64,000 nucleotides of DNA from contig OZ024751.1 in NCBI GenBank assembly GCA_964016885.1, forward strand, positions 50,592,001-50,656,000, written 5' to 3'. A program made the position numbers and the translations under genes. The notes under the pieces are model-generated. The model was not told where the DNA came from. It saw nothing but the letters and a program-made list of their open reading frames with translations, and searched no databases. Shown one piece after another: positions 1 to 15,005 of the stretch (positions within the stretch are counted from its first letter, which is position 1; every line of letters begins with the position of its first letter). This stretch comes from Eledone cirrhosa. Taxonomy: Eukaryota.

Positions 1-175
1 TCTCTGTGTATGTGGTGGGGTCTCTCTGTGTGTATGTGGTGGGGTCTCTGTGTGTGTATGTGGGGGAGTAGGTCTGTGTATGTGGTGGGGTCGCTATGTG
101 TATGTATGTGGGGGAGTAGGTCTGTGTATGTGGTGGGGTCTCTATGTGTATATATGTGGGTTTCTGTGTATGTGT
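1..175. repeat. GT-rich minisatellite (tctgtgtatgtggtggggtc-like units)
   Basis: Directly visible; truncated by window start. Confidence 0.75.
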
Positions 176-463
176 GGTGGTTATAGACCTTTCCATAAAC
201 AAATCTGTTGCCTTAGCCAACAGATGTCACTGGTTGTATTGGCAGTGTGTGTGTGTGAGGGGTAGATAGTAACTAGGGTGTGTTTTCCAAGGTAGAAAGG
301 AGCCAGGTATAGGTGGGGGAGGAGGGGTGTGTTGATAAATAAATATGAACAGAGTTCAAGGAAAGCTGGAGATATGGTTTCTTTTCTTCTATTGTTTAAA
401 ACCTGGTATCCTGTAAAGCAGCATACACATCATTACCATCTCTCTCTCCATCTCTCTCTCTCA

Positions 464-465
<2 letters not shown>

Positions 466-551
<86 letters not shown>
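466..551. repeat. (CA)n microsatellite
   Basis: Perfect CA run. Confidence 0.97.
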
Positions 552-555
<4 letters not shown>

Positions 556-757
556 TTCGAAGTCTGCTTTGTAAGTTTATAGTCTTGGGTTGTATCCCAC
601 TATGTGGCACCTTCAGCAATTATCTTCTCTCATCATATAAACTTCGGCTGGCTAATGCCTGCTGAGTGAATTTTGTGTGAAAAACCATACCTTACTTTAA
701 AAAAATAAACAAACGAGGTTTGATATCAGATAATGCATCATATCAAAACCATGCCAG

Positions 758-1145
758 TCATCATCATCATCGTTTTACGTCCGTTCTTCCACACTAGCAT
801 GGGTTAGACGGGTTGTCCTGTTGTAGGCAATGCCAGGTCAGGTGACCATGTCATACGGGAACTGATTCTGGCCTTATTTCTACAGCTGGATGCCCTTCCT
901 AACATTTATACCTCATTTACAGTGTAGGCTGGGTGCTTTTTTGCCATGGCACCTCCACCACCACTTTGCAGTGGAATGATAGGGACCCCTAGTCCTATGA
1001 TCTCAGTTCTACAGCTGAGTAAACTGGAGCAATGTGAAATAAAGTGTCTTGCTCAAGGAAACAACACATCACCCGGTCCGAGAATTGAACTCACAACATT
1101 TCGATTGCAAGCCCAATGCTCTACCCACTCAGCCATGTGCCTTCA
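758..1145 (-). mobile_element. tRNA-derived SINE type A (tRNA head, CORE-like body, RTE-type tail); related copies at 1723-2014 and 5495-5823 (-)
   Basis: Minus strand: A box TGGCTGAGTGG, B box GAGTTCAATTC, ccttgagcaagacactt, then gttaggaagggcatccagctgtagaaa and a ggacgtaaaacgatgatg tail shared with the RTE. Confidence 0.85.
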
Positions 1146-1461
1146 TTTAATATTCATTTTCCTTGCTAGGAACGGTTGGACATGTTATCACAGAACCAAG
1201 TCAGTACTTGAGCAGATGAAGCAAGGGGACCATATCTCACATACATTCCTGCACTCTAGTCATCGCTGGATGCTCTTCCTAGCGCTAGCCACTTTACAGA
1301 GTGTACAAGCTGGATTTATTGTGTAGGTCAATACTTGAAGGGGTTAAGTTGACAAATGACATCCTTATCTAAGTACATCTAATATATGTAACCAAATCCC
1401 AAACAGTCCTTCTCCTCACAACCTATTACACAGTTTGTGTGTATATAGATATCTATAGTGT

Positions 1462-1636
1462 GTGTAAATGAGGTTGGTGTTAGGAAGGGCATCCAGCTGT
1501 AGAAATCAAGCCAAATCAGTTCCTGTATGAGCAAGGCATGGTCAGCCGATCAGACACTGCCCACAACAGGACAACCCGTCTAACCCATGCTAGCGTGGAA
1601 GAACGGACGTAAAACGGTGATGATGATGATGATGAT
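1462..1636 (+). mobile_element. Headless RTE/SINE-A 3' tail; similar fragments at ~2320-2510(-), 3679-3882(-), 13180-13280(+), 29370-29540(+), 50600-50915(+)
   Basis: Shared ggtgttaggaagggcatccagc...acccatgctagc...gatgatgat module. Confidence 0.8.
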
Positions 1637-2190
1637 GTGCGTTACAGCTCACACCTATGCAGGTTTAGCTGGCCTCCTCCAAGGTATATCTCATTGGAGT
1701 TGTCTTGAGTGATTCAATGATAGAGACCCCAGTCCTATCATCTCATTTCTACAGCTGGATGCCCTTCCTAATACCAACCTCATTTACAGTGTGGGCTGGG
1801 TGCTTTTTTTTTGCCGTGGCACCTCCACAACCACTTTGCAGTGGAATGATAGGGACCCCAGTCCTATCATCTCATTTCTACAGCTGAGTAAACTGGAGCA
1901 ACGTGAAATAAAGTGTCTTGCTCATGGAAATAACACATCACCCGGTCCGAGAATTGAACTCTCAACCTTTCGATTGCAAGCCCGATGCTCTAACCACTAA
2001 GCCATGTGCCTTCACAGAGATAGATAGATATCTATAGGGATGTTTAAAATGATAAATTAGCTTCTTATGTAAGTATATCTAATATATGTAACCAAATCAT
2101 TACCAGTCCCAGTACAGTTTGTGTATATAAATATCTATAGAAATGTTTAAAATGGCTAAAAAGGAATTGTTTTATTCATCTCTTTTCCAG

Positions 2191-2313
2191 AAAAGTGAAC
2201 GCCGTCAACAACATGCTGTGAAAGAAACTGAATTCCTCCGCTTGAAACGATCTCGCCTCGGTGTTGATGACTTCGAATCCTTGAAAGTGATTGGACGAGG
2301 AGCATTTGGCGAG
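2191..2313 (+). CDS. STK38: NDR kinase exon (first in window): N-terminal regulatory region and Gly-rich loop, [41 protein letters not shown]
   Basis: ttttccag acceptor, gtatgc donor, 123 nt, phase 0/0. [10 protein letters not shown] is the NDR MOB-binding segment; GRGAFG is subdomain I. Upstream exons are outside the window. Confidence 0.95.
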
Positions 2314-3276
2314 GTATGCTATCATCATCATCATCGTTTTTATGTTTTATATTTCCCATAGATTAGACAAGTCCTCTTATCTAATCTATGAGAAATATAG
2401 ATTGGACAAGAGACCATGTCTTGCTCAAACAGAATCAATTTTGGCCTGGTTTCTATGGCTGGATGCCCTTCTTAATGCCAACCACATTTACTGTGAGTCC
2501 TGGGTGCCTTTACCTGCATGACCACTTTAGAGTGTGGGTTACATGCTTTTTATTGTGACACTTATATATATATTCATTGTTTGTTACATTCAAACAGATT
2601 AAAAAACTACATAGAACCTCTAAAGTCTTCTCCCACTAACACTGTTTCCTGTATTTTTTTTTATATAGACTTTGTGAATATTATTATTTTTTTTTTTTCA
2701 TTTGAGTATTTGACATGACAAAAACATGAAGTCAAATAAAAAATCTCCACTAACCTTGTTATATCTCAGAAAATCATTGGTAGATATAAAAAAAAAATAT
2801 GTTTTGTTTCATCAATGATTTCAGCTGTTGACATATTGTGTATTGATTTCACTGTCAATTGATTGATTTTTCTGTGAATCTACTCTTATTTCATCCTCTT
2901 CTTCCCCACATTTATTAACCCACTTTCTGCTATGTTACAATACATTGGCTACACCAATAAATATCTGATTTCCTATATGTACTTAAGCCCTGTGTAGGTC
3001 AGCTCTTCAAATAGACGTTGGTGGGAATGGAGATGAGGGTAAGAAGCTGGGATATAGGTTTAACATCAACACCCCCAGTGTATTACTAGGATTTACTTAG
3101 TTCATTGCAACACCATTACTCCTAATCTGACCACACTGTTACTGTATTGGTGTTATGAACATGTTGCCACATACATCATAATGCTGCTTTATATATCATA
3201 ATTCGGCATACACATCATAATGTGTATGATGCATGTGTTGCCACATGCATCATAATGTTGCCATACATATTATAAT

Positions 3277-3460
3277 TGTTTCTACTTTTGGCACAAGGCC
3301 AGCAATTACCCAGTGCGTTACTGGTACTTTATTTTATCGACTCCGTAAGGATGAAAGGCAAAGTCAACCTCGGCGGGATTTGAACTCAGATCGTAAAGGG
3401 ACGTAACTATGCTGGAAAGCATGGCGTCCGACCCTCTACCGATACTGCCAATCCACCGCC
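3277..3460 (-). mobile_element. SINE type C (Meta-domain-like), full length with target-site duplication
   Basis: Minus strand: TGGCAGTATCGG, GAGTTCAAATCC, gcctttcatccttacgg..gtcgataaaataaagtacc, gtagaaacaatt. Flanking direct repeat gccatacatattataat at 3260 and 3458. Confidence 0.85.
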
Positions 3461-3918
3461 ATACATATTATAATGTTGCTTTACATATATATATGATATC
3501 ACATGCTCCATAATGTTGCTTTACACATTATAAGGTTGCTATACCCATCATAATGTTGCATGAGTGAGGCAGGTTTGCAGAGACATTGGCGAGCAAATGG
3601 CTGCTTAGCACAACGCTGAAGAGATGGCCCTCTCCTGTAAAGAGGCAGTTATTATGTCTATATATATATATATATATATCATCATCATTGTTTAACATCT
3701 ATCTTCCACACTAGCATGGGTTAGATGGGAGTTGTCCCACTTGAGGCAAGATTGGTCGGGCGACCATGTCTCGCTCGTATAGGACTATCTGGTAGGTTTT
3801 CTATGGCTGGATGCCCTTCCTAACACCAACCACATTTACAGTGTGAACTGGGAACTTTTTGCCATGTTACCTACACGGCCACATATATATATATATATAT
3901 ATAAATATACTATTATAG

Positions 3919-5108
3919 TCCTAACTAAGAACATAGATTTTACATGTGGCCGGTGCTCTGGTGCAATAAGTAGCAGCAAGTGCCCACAAAATACTAGCTC
4001 TTTCAACTGCGCAGAGGGTTCTATAGAAATAGTGGACAGCTTCCGTTACCTGGGTGACAAAATCAGCAGTGGGGGAGGGTGCTCCGAAAGTACAGTAGCT
4101 AGAGTCAGAACTGGATGGAAAAAGTTCAGAGAGCTTATACCACTATTAGCCGCTAAAGGGTTCTCCCTAAAAATGAAAGGCAGGTTGTATGATGCCTGCA
4201 TACGAACAGCAATGTTGCATGGCAGTGAGACCTGGGCATTGTGTGCAGAGGATATACGCAGACTAGAGAGGAACGAAGCTTGCATGCTCCGCTGGATGTG
4301 TAATAGTAATATACGCGAACGGCAAAGCATAAACGAACTAAGGAAAAAATTAGAAATAAGAGGGATCAGATGTTGTTTACTCGAGAGAAGGCTACGTTGG
4401 TATGGTCACGTGATGCGCATGAAAGACGACAGCTGTATAGCAAAGTGCAGGGCAATAAAGATAGACGGTAGCCACGGAGTAGGCAGACCCAGAAAAACCT
4501 GGGACGAGCTGATAAATTCCGACCTCACACACTTACACCTCTCCAAGACGATGTCACTGGACCGAGAGCTTTGGCGGTACTCAGTAATAGAGAAGACCCG
4601 CGTTACCTAAATACAAAGTAAAACCTACTACAGTCAGTAGGCACCTCTAACCAAATACACCCCCGTCCCACCACCCCCACCCCATCCACACCGCCCCTTT
4701 CAATGTAAAGTTATGTTGGTGCCACAAAATCCAGGCCGAAACAAATGAGATCGTGTAGGTGTCACGACAAAAAAACACACAGTCCACGCTGTAATGTGAC
4801 CGTGTAGGCAACACGGTAAAGACCTCCCAGTCCCACACTGTAAATGTGGTTGGTGTTAGGAAGGGCATCCAGCTGTAGAAAACCTGCCAGACAGTCCACG
4901 CTGTAATGTGGCCGTGTAGGGAACACGGTAAAAACCTCCCAGCCCCACACTGTAAATGTGGTTGGTGTTAGGAAGGGCATCCAACTGTAGAAAACCCGCC
5001 AGACAGTCCTATGCGAGCAAGACAACCACTCTTGCCTCAAGTGGGAAAACTCCCGTCCAAACCCATGCAAGCATGGAACACGGACGTTAAACGATGATGA
5101 TGATGATG
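3919..5108 (+). mobile_element. 5'-truncated RTE-clade LINE: RT C-terminus plus 3' UTR ending in (GAT)n
   Basis: Frame open to 4610 with VDSFRYLGD, MLHGSETW, RLRWYGHVMR, GRPRKTW. UTR has a 112-bp tandem duplication (4779/4891) and ends ggacgttaaacgatgatgatg. Confidence 0.9.
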
Positions 5109-6036
5109 AGTCCAAGCGGTAGTAAAACAATGATGATGGTGTCAGAAAAAGCAATAAAACACTGTTTGCCACTTGAGTTAAGAAATATAATAATAAAACA
5201 TATCTTCCAAATTATAAACAATATTTTATTGCAGTTATCCTTTATTGATATATTGTTTTGTACACTACCAAAGTCATTTATACTTACATATCCATCCAGT
5301 ATATAGCAGGTGGGGGTTTGACTCCCACAGGTGAAGCTGTCCACTTTTTTCTTTCTCTAGTCTAGGGTCTCATTTTCCCAACTTGTTCGACTATTTTCCA
5401 TTGTCAAAAACAGTGTGTCGAAGCATTTAACTTTAAGCTAACATACATCCAAAATTCATAATTTGCTAAATGCTTCATAAAAACAATTGTTTTCATCATT
5501 TTACGGCCGCTTTTTCCCTGCTTGCAAGGGTGGGACAGGAAGTGATTCTGGCTTGATTTCTACAGCTAGATGCCCTTCCTAACACCAACCTCATTTACAG
5601 TGAGTGCTGGGTGCTTTTTTTCCATGGCACCTCCACGACCACTTTGCAGTGGAATGATAGGGACCCCAGTTCCTATCATCTCATTTCTACAGCTGAGTAA
5701 ACTGGAGCAATGTGAAATAAAGTGTCTTGCTCAAGGAAACAACACATCACACGGTCCGAGAATTGAACTCACAACCTTTCAATTACAAGCCCAATGCTCT
5801 AACCACTAACCCATGTGCCTCCATATATATATATATTGATAGAGTTTAATCTTATGGATTAAATTGTGATTTTATCTTCTGAAACAATTGTAAACAAATA
5901 AACACTTTTTCAAGAATTTTTGGTTGTATTTTCTCCTACTATAATTTTGACACACACACACACACATATATATGTGTGTGTGTGTGTAACTCTATCTTTG
6001 AAAAGTTTATTCTATTGAGATTCTGTGTAATTTTAG

Positions 6037-6150
<114 letters not shown>

Positions 6151-7204
6151 TGAAAAATTAACTAACATTCTTCCATTCTTTTATTATTTTGCCAGTTTCA
6201 TTGGACTGTGGCCAGGCTGGGGCATCACCTTCAAAGGTGTTACTCAGTAACATTGAGACCCCATTCCTTATTTCATTCTTATACTACTTTTAGCAAAGAT
6301 GTGGCCTCTTGGTTAAACATGTTGGTGTCATGATTGTAAAGTCATGCCTTCAATTTTTGGATTTAATGGAGTGTTGTGTCCTTGAGCAAGGCAGTTAGCT
6401 AAAAAATAGGAATACCAGTAATATATTGGACTTAATCTTCTGATGGAATGGTATCTTGTAATCTCAATCATTTCCATGTACAACATAGTTTCTGTTGGCC
6501 CAGGACTGGACAATATATCTATATCTATATTCACATAGGTGACTAGGTCTTGATCATATATTTTGTTTTGACTGGGTTTCTATGGCTGGATTCCCTTCCT
6601 AACACCAACCATTTTAAAGCGTGTACTGGGAGCATTTTATTGTGGCACTGGCACTACCACTTTTCAGAGTATGCTGGGTGGCACCAGTGCTATCATAGGA
6701 GGCATTGGTAGGAGTTGTGTGGGACATAGACATTGCACTGCGGGAGGGGAGGTTATGATGATAGCCTTGAAGTTGATATCTGACATATTGTGGGAATGTG
6801 GCTGGATCCCTTGATGGCCTAAAAGGGGTGTTTGTATACAATTTGGGGCTAGTGCATGGATGTTGTCTGTCATTTCGGGTATACCAGACTTCCCTGAGTT
6901 GGGAAAGTGTTTGGGGTGTAAGAGTTCATTAGGTTCAGCTTCCTAATTCAGATGGTATGATGTTGTCAGAGATCTCTTAGCTTAATGGCTAGAGCACTTA
7001 GCTGGGATCTGAAAGATACGAGGTTTGAACCTTCATAGTGGCTGCTGGTAACTTTTTTTTCTGTCTCTAAGGGACTTTACCCTATTTTAGAAGCTATTTA
7101 TAGCAACCAACTGTACTTAGTTATCTTTGCACTTGAACATGCTACATTTTCTCTACTCTCTTAGCACTTTGTAAGTTCGAATACAGTGTTTGTTTACATA
7201 TATA

Positions 7205-7301
7205 CAGGGTGTCCCAAAAAATGTATACACACTTCAAAAACATTCTAATAAATATTGCCTGTACAGGTAATCAAATGTATACATTTTTTTGAGACACCCT
7301 G
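7205..7301. mobile_element. ~97-bp Tc1/mariner-type MITE; copies at 7594-7691 and 50466-50577
   Basis: TIRs CAGGGTGTCCCAAAAAATGTATAC / GTATACATTTTTTTGAGACACCCTG in TA/TG dinucleotide context; same internal cattctaataaatattgcctgta. Confidence 0.8.
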
Positions 7302-7363
7302 TGTATATATATATATAGTAAATGAAGGGAATCCCTTTTTTAAAATATATATATATATACACA

Positions 7364-7582
7364 GTGAAGGCGTGTGGCTGAGTGGTTAGAGAATTGGATT
7401 CGCAATCGTAAGGTTGTGAGTTTGATTCCTGGACCAGGCGATGCGTTATGTCCTTGAGCAAGACACTTTATTTCACGTTGCTCCTTCTACCTGGAGTTGC
7501 GACCGATAGATAGTATTAGCAATTGGAAAGACCTACGGAAACATTGTTTCCTCGGTCCGAGTTGACGAAAGTTGATCGTTCC
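7364..7582 (+). mobile_element. tRNA-derived SINE type B (type A head, unrelated tail) in (TA)n
   Basis: A box TGGCTGAGTGG, B box GAGTTTGATTCC, CORE-like segment; near-identical copy at 54597-54817 (-). Confidence 0.85.
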
Positions 7583-7717
7583 TTATATATACACAGGGCG
7601 TCCCAAAAATGTATACATACTTCAACAGCATTCTAATAAATATTGCCTGTACAAGTAATCAAAGTGTGTATACATTTTGGGGGACACCCTGTGTGTGTAT
7701 GTATATACATATATATA

Positions 7718-8360
7718 TCATCATCATCATCATCGTTTAACGTCCATCCTCCACGCTAGCATGGGTTTGGACGGGAATTTTCCCACTTGAGGCAAGATTG
7801 GTTGTCTTGCTTGTATAGGACTGCCTGGTGGGTTTTCTACAGTTGGATGCCCTTCCTAACACCAACCACGTTTACAGTGTGGGCTGGGAGGTTTTTACCG
7901 TGTTACCTACACGGCCACATTACAGCGTGGACTGTGTGTTTTTTTGTCGTGACACCTACACGACCTCATTTATTTAGGACTGGATGTTGTGGTACCAACA
8001 TAACTTTGGGGTGATGTGGATGGGGTGCGGGTAGTGGGATGGGGGTGTATTTTAGTAAGAGGTGCCTACTGACTGTAGGTTTCACTTTGCACTTAGGCAA
8101 GGCAGGTCTTCTGTATTACTGCGTAGCGGCAAAGATCTCGGTCTAGTGACATTGTCTTGGAGAGGTGTAAGTGTGTGAGGTCGGAATTTATCAAGTCGTC
8201 CCAGGTTTTTCTGAGACTGCCTACTCCGTGGCTACCGTCTGTTTTGATCGCCCTGCACTTTTTTATACAGCTGTCGTCTTTCATGCGCATCACATGACCA
8301 TACCAACGTAGTCTTCTCTCAAGTAAACAGCATCTGATTCCTCTTATTCCTAATTTCTCA
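7718..8360 (-). mobile_element. Second, shorter copy of the same RTE 3' end
   Basis: Reverse complement of ~4345-5108 (MRMKDDSCIKKCRAIKTDGSHG...) without the UTR duplication. Confidence 0.9.
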
Positions 8361-9705
8361 CATGTATATGTATATATATAATAGAATATTTATTTAGAAT
8401 ATTCAAACATTAATTGAATGAGCACTCAATAATGGTGGGTGGATTGTAGAAATTTACACACACCACAAACACACATATGGGAGGAGAGTATGTTTGAGAA
8501 GGATAACAGAAATATGCCAAACAGAGGTAAACATTTCCATCCAGAAAAGTTGGTAATAGTAACATGTGTTGCAATTCTTTGTTTTATAAATACAAATGTA
8601 AGGTAAGGTTGTTGAAGTTAAGAATATATCTGATATCTTTGTAAGAACCATCTGTTGAACATGTAGAATAGCAGAATGGTGGAATGGTAGAATGCTAGTT
8701 GTGTGGAATATGATATGATAGAGAGAGAGAGAGAGTCAGGGGAAGGTGGTGACTTTGAAGAAAATACTGTGTTGTTTTGATTGAAAACTAAGGTATTTTC
8801 TCTGGTGCCATTTAACACTTTTAATACCAACTCACTTGAAAAACCACTCTTGGTTTTATTATACAGAACTGTTTGTTTTAAAGTGTTTATATTTACATCA
8901 AAACCTTCCACTATAATTTTATGTAAAAACTTGTTATTATGTAATGGTCCAAACATCAGCTTAACCTTTTTGATACCACCCTGCTTGAAAAACCAGCCTT
9001 TGTTTTATAATCCATAACTGCTCAGAACCGGGTTAGGTTAGTGCTGGACCAGTAGGATATACTTACTATAAAAGGGTCCTAAAGGATTTTTTATGTGACA
9101 TAAAGGTTAAAGACAGTATAGTACTATAGTATAAAGTAATTAGTGTGAGGTCTGTTGTAATGCACCTGAGCACTGTACACAATAAGTTTCTGGCTGTATC
9201 AGTAGAGGGTCTGACGCCATGCTTTGCAGCATAGAGTTACGGCCCTTCATGGTCTGAGTCCAAATCCCGCTGAGGTTAACTTTGCCTTTCATCCTTACAG
9301 GGTCGATAAAATAAAGTACCAGTAATACACTGGGATAATTGCTGGCCTTGTGCCAAAAGTAGAAACAATTATTATTATTATAAGTGCTACTTTTGCTACT
9401 AGGTTAATCCATTTTAAAAAGTTCATATTTAACTTAAAACCTTTCACTAGAATTTTATGTAAGAACTACTTAAGTAATGTTCTAAACATCGACTTAACTC
9501 TTTTGATTTTAACCCAGCCAAAGCCTCCTCTGATTTTATGAAACAAAACGACCTATTTAAATTAAAATCTTCCAATATAATTTTATATAAGAATCATATT
9601 TTAAATTACTATCTTAGTAATGAAATAGTTAAAAGTTTTAGTAAATTAATTTATTGAAATAGTGTACTTCAATAAAAAATATGGTTAATCCTTCAGGATT
9701 GATAA

Positions 9706-10059
<354 letters not shown>

Positions 10060-10631
10060 TAGACACATTTCCCTTCTTTTTACTGTACCTGATATCTTCT
10101 TGCTGTCATTCTGTTAATTGTAATTATTTGGAAGTTTTCCTTCTGTGTTAGTTTGGTGACTAAAGGGCTACACCTTGTAGCTAGCCTTGGCACTCAACAC
10201 TGGAGTGTATAGATTTGTGAGAATATCTGATGTTGAGTTGTGGCAGTAGTTAGGTTAACTATGAGAGGGTGGTACTAATAGCATGAAGTGTTTACACAAT
10301 CTAACTGTGAGCTTATTTGAAGCAAATATCTTCATGTGTAACTAAAATTGTCTGCTGAAATATTATTATCATTATTATTATTTTTAACTGACAGGAGATT
10401 GGTGGTCATTAGAGTATTGAACAACTACTTAGCTGTATTTGTTCTGACTGGTTTTCAGTTCAAATTCTATCATGGTCAACTTTGCTTTTCAACCTTTTTA
10501 GATTGATAAAATAAAGTACCAGTAAGGTACTGAAGTTTATATAATCAAATTTGCCTTCCTCCCCTATAAAGATTGCTGACCTTGTATCAAAATAAGAAAC
10601 CATTATTGTCTTTCTGACTTCTTACCTTTAA

Positions 10632-10862
<231 letters not shown>

Positions 10863-11217
10863 TGAAGGTCTAATGTCCTGTACAGTGAAGGCAATTTTTT
10901 CCTTTTCCCACAATAATAATTCTTTTTGTAATTGTTCTGTGTTTTATGTCTTTCTTTTCTTACCTTGAACTATATATATATATATATATGTGTGTGTGTA
11001 TATCAGAATGGAGGTGGTAAAACCCAGTTAGACCATTGCTCACCAGAGTACTTGATACTTGGGGTAGTAGAGTGGGTAATATGAAAAGTTCAGTACTGGG
11101 GTTAATATAATCAATATACCCTTTTCCCAAAACTACAGGCCTTGTGCCAGAATTATAAACCATTATTATTATCCTAATTAAATGGCTAAACATTCCCAGA
11201 ATTGATGAAATGTCTAA

Positions 11218-11400
<183 letters not shown>

Positions 11401-11499
11401 TGAGGACTGTGCAATGTCTATCATATTGTGGGATCCTTTACCTATATTATTACTGGTATATATATATATATATATATAAACACACACACACATGACACT

Positions 11500-12181
11500 A
11501 TGCTATCACACTCTATGACATCTCTCACTATCACCCTCCCTATGATTCCCTCACTATGACATCTCTCACTTTGATATCCATCCCTATGACATTTCTCACT
11601 ATATTTCTTTCTATGACATTCCCCCCTATGATATCTCTCACTTTGCCATCCTTCTTTATGAGATTTCTCACTGTGATATCTTCTCTATGACATCTCTCTC
11701 TATGACATCTCTCACCTATGACATCTCTCTCTATGACATCTCTCTCTATGACATCTCTCACTATGACATCTCTCTCTATGACATCTCTCACCTATGACAT
11801 CTCTCTCTATGACATCTCTCTCTATGACATCTCTCTCTATAACATCTCTCTATGACATCTCTCACTATGACATCTCTCTCTATGACATCTCTCACTATGA
11901 CATCTCTCTCTATGACATCTCTCACTATGACATCTCTCTCTATGACATCTCTCTCTATGACATCTCTCTCTATGACATCTCTCTCTATGACATCTCTCTC
12001 TATGACATCTCTCACTATGACATCTCTCACTATGACATCTCTCTCTATGACATCTCTCTCTATGACATCTCTCTCTATGACATCTCTCTCTATGACATCT
12101 CTCACTATGACATCTCTCTCTATGACATCTCTCTCTATGACATCTCTCTCTATGACATCTCTCTCTATGACATCTCTCACT
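11500..12181. repeat. 15-bp minisatellite (CTATGACATCTCTC[T/A])n
   Basis: Homogeneous from ~11690, degenerate upstream; source of the RDVIE/MTSLS ORFs. Confidence 0.95.
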
Positions 12182-12208
12182 AGGACATTCTCACTGTTTC
12201 TATTTCAG

Positions 12209-13147
<939 letters not shown>

Positions 13148-13837
13148 TGAAGTAGGGAAGGGAGTATTTTGAGGGGATGTGGGGAAGGGTCAGCTTCAGG
13201 AAGGCGTCCAGCCATAACTCACCTGAAAAAATCCTGCCGAATCTACACTAGCATGGAAAAGCAGATGTAAATTGATGATGAGAAGTGATAATGTGTACTA
13301 TACACAAGCACTGTGTATGTAGAGCTGTATGCTAACTTTTTTCCCTAATGTTTTTCTTCAAAATAAGGGCATGTCTGAAATTCTGAAAAAATCTGTTGCC
13401 CCTACTCCATCACTTCATAAAGAAAATTTACTTTTTCCTTAATCTAAAGAAATCAATGTTTTTTATCCATAAAATTTCAACTCCTATCATTGTTGTTTCT
13501 TCACATTTATTTTAACCCCTTCGTTACCATATTTCTCATGAAAGGCACTGCCTGTGAAAGTGGTTTCCTGTACCTCATAAAACCACATTAGCAAGGCATT
13601 CTCGAAAAGTACAAAACTGCTATGACTGTATCACATTAAAGTTTTTACTTTAGTTTATTCCAAATTTTCACAACAATCTGTCCACTAGTAAAAATATTAT
13701 AAACATTTGAATTAACAAACTTGTTTTTTTAGATATTTTCTCCTAAATCATTTAAATATGCGAAGAGTTTATAAAGCTGAATACTTAATATTACTCGAAG
13801 CACACGCACACACATAAACATATTCATATACACATAA

Positions 13838-14041
<204 letters not shown>

Positions 14042-14084
14042 TAAGTAGCACAAAAGAAAAAAAGGTGGAAGGGGAGACACACAT

Positions 14085-14400
14085 TCCAGGTAAGGTGGTA
14101 TTACTGGTGTCACAATAAAAAATACCCAGTCCACCTTGTAAGGTAGTACTGGTGTCACAACAAAAAGCACCCAGTTCACCCTGTGAGGTGGTAGTGCTGG
14201 TGTCACAACAAAAAGCTCCTGTCCACCCTGTAATTTGGTTGGTGTCACAACAAAAAGCACCCAGTTCACCCTGTGAGGTGGTAGTGCTGGTGTCACAACA
14301 AAAAGCTCCTGTCCACCCTGTAATTTGGTTGGTGTCACAATAAAAAAAAAACCCTAACCACCCTCAAAAGTGGTAGTGCTGGGGCCACAACAAAATAAAT
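14085..14400. repeat. Tandem array of ggtgtcacaacaaaaagc.cc.gt.caccctgt subunits with a 105-bp duplication
   Basis: 14151 and 14256 begin identical blocks; the subunit resembles the RTE/SINE-A tail module. Confidence 0.8.
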
Positions 14401-14475
14401 GCTCTCAGTACATGTTGTAAGGTGGTGGTGCTTTAAGAATAGCATCCAGCCTTTGAAACCATAGAACAATATGTA

Positions 14476-14790
14476 GTCCTCGTCTGAGGAAGGAGCCTCG
14501 TGAGGTAGGGTGGCTGTTGCAGCAGGTGTCTCTGGGAATGCTTTTGCGGTCTTGTCCACGGGGTGCAGCCCTTTACTGCCACGCCCTAGGCCCAGAGCCC
14601 AATCATCCTCCCCCTTCTCATTCTTCTGTGACACTAGAATCCTTGCCATTCCCTCCCTTTTCCAGCTTTTTTTCTCGTTTTTATTTATATTTTCCTATTT
14701 TACATTCCATTCTTCTCAATATAAATTTTCATTTTTTATTTTTCTATTAAACTGTATTTCCATGATATATTCCATAAATAAAATTACTTT
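14476..14790 (+). mobile_element. Degenerate 3' fragment of a CRE-like (restriction-like endonuclease) non-LTR retrotransposon
   Basis: GC-rich island reading RLRKEPREVGWLLQQVSL, then after a small frameshifting deletion GNAFAVLS; homologous to 50091-50345; AATAAA near 14777. Confidence 0.6.
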
Positions 14791-14827
14791 TCGAGTTTGG
14801 TCAGCAGCAATGAATGAACTGACTTGA

Positions 14828-14995
<168 letters not shown>

Positions 14996-15005
14996 TAATG
15001 GTCAA

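Noticed and set aside
946-1326. Recurrent short ORFs LQLSKLEQCEIKCLAQG (also 1791, 5570)
   Set aside because: Antisense translation of SINE type A
6614-6960. Possible decayed retroelement coding fragment on the minus strand
   Set aside because: No motif could be identified with confidence by eye; needs tBLASTx
7364-7435. Functional tRNA gene (also 6978-7035 and other SINE heads)
   Set aside because: A and B boxes present but acceptor and anticodon stems do not pair, and sequence runs on into SINE bodies
14484-14510. Hammerhead at CTGAGGA-AGGAGCCT
   Set aside because: No GAAA or stem I; lies in CRE-like coding remnant
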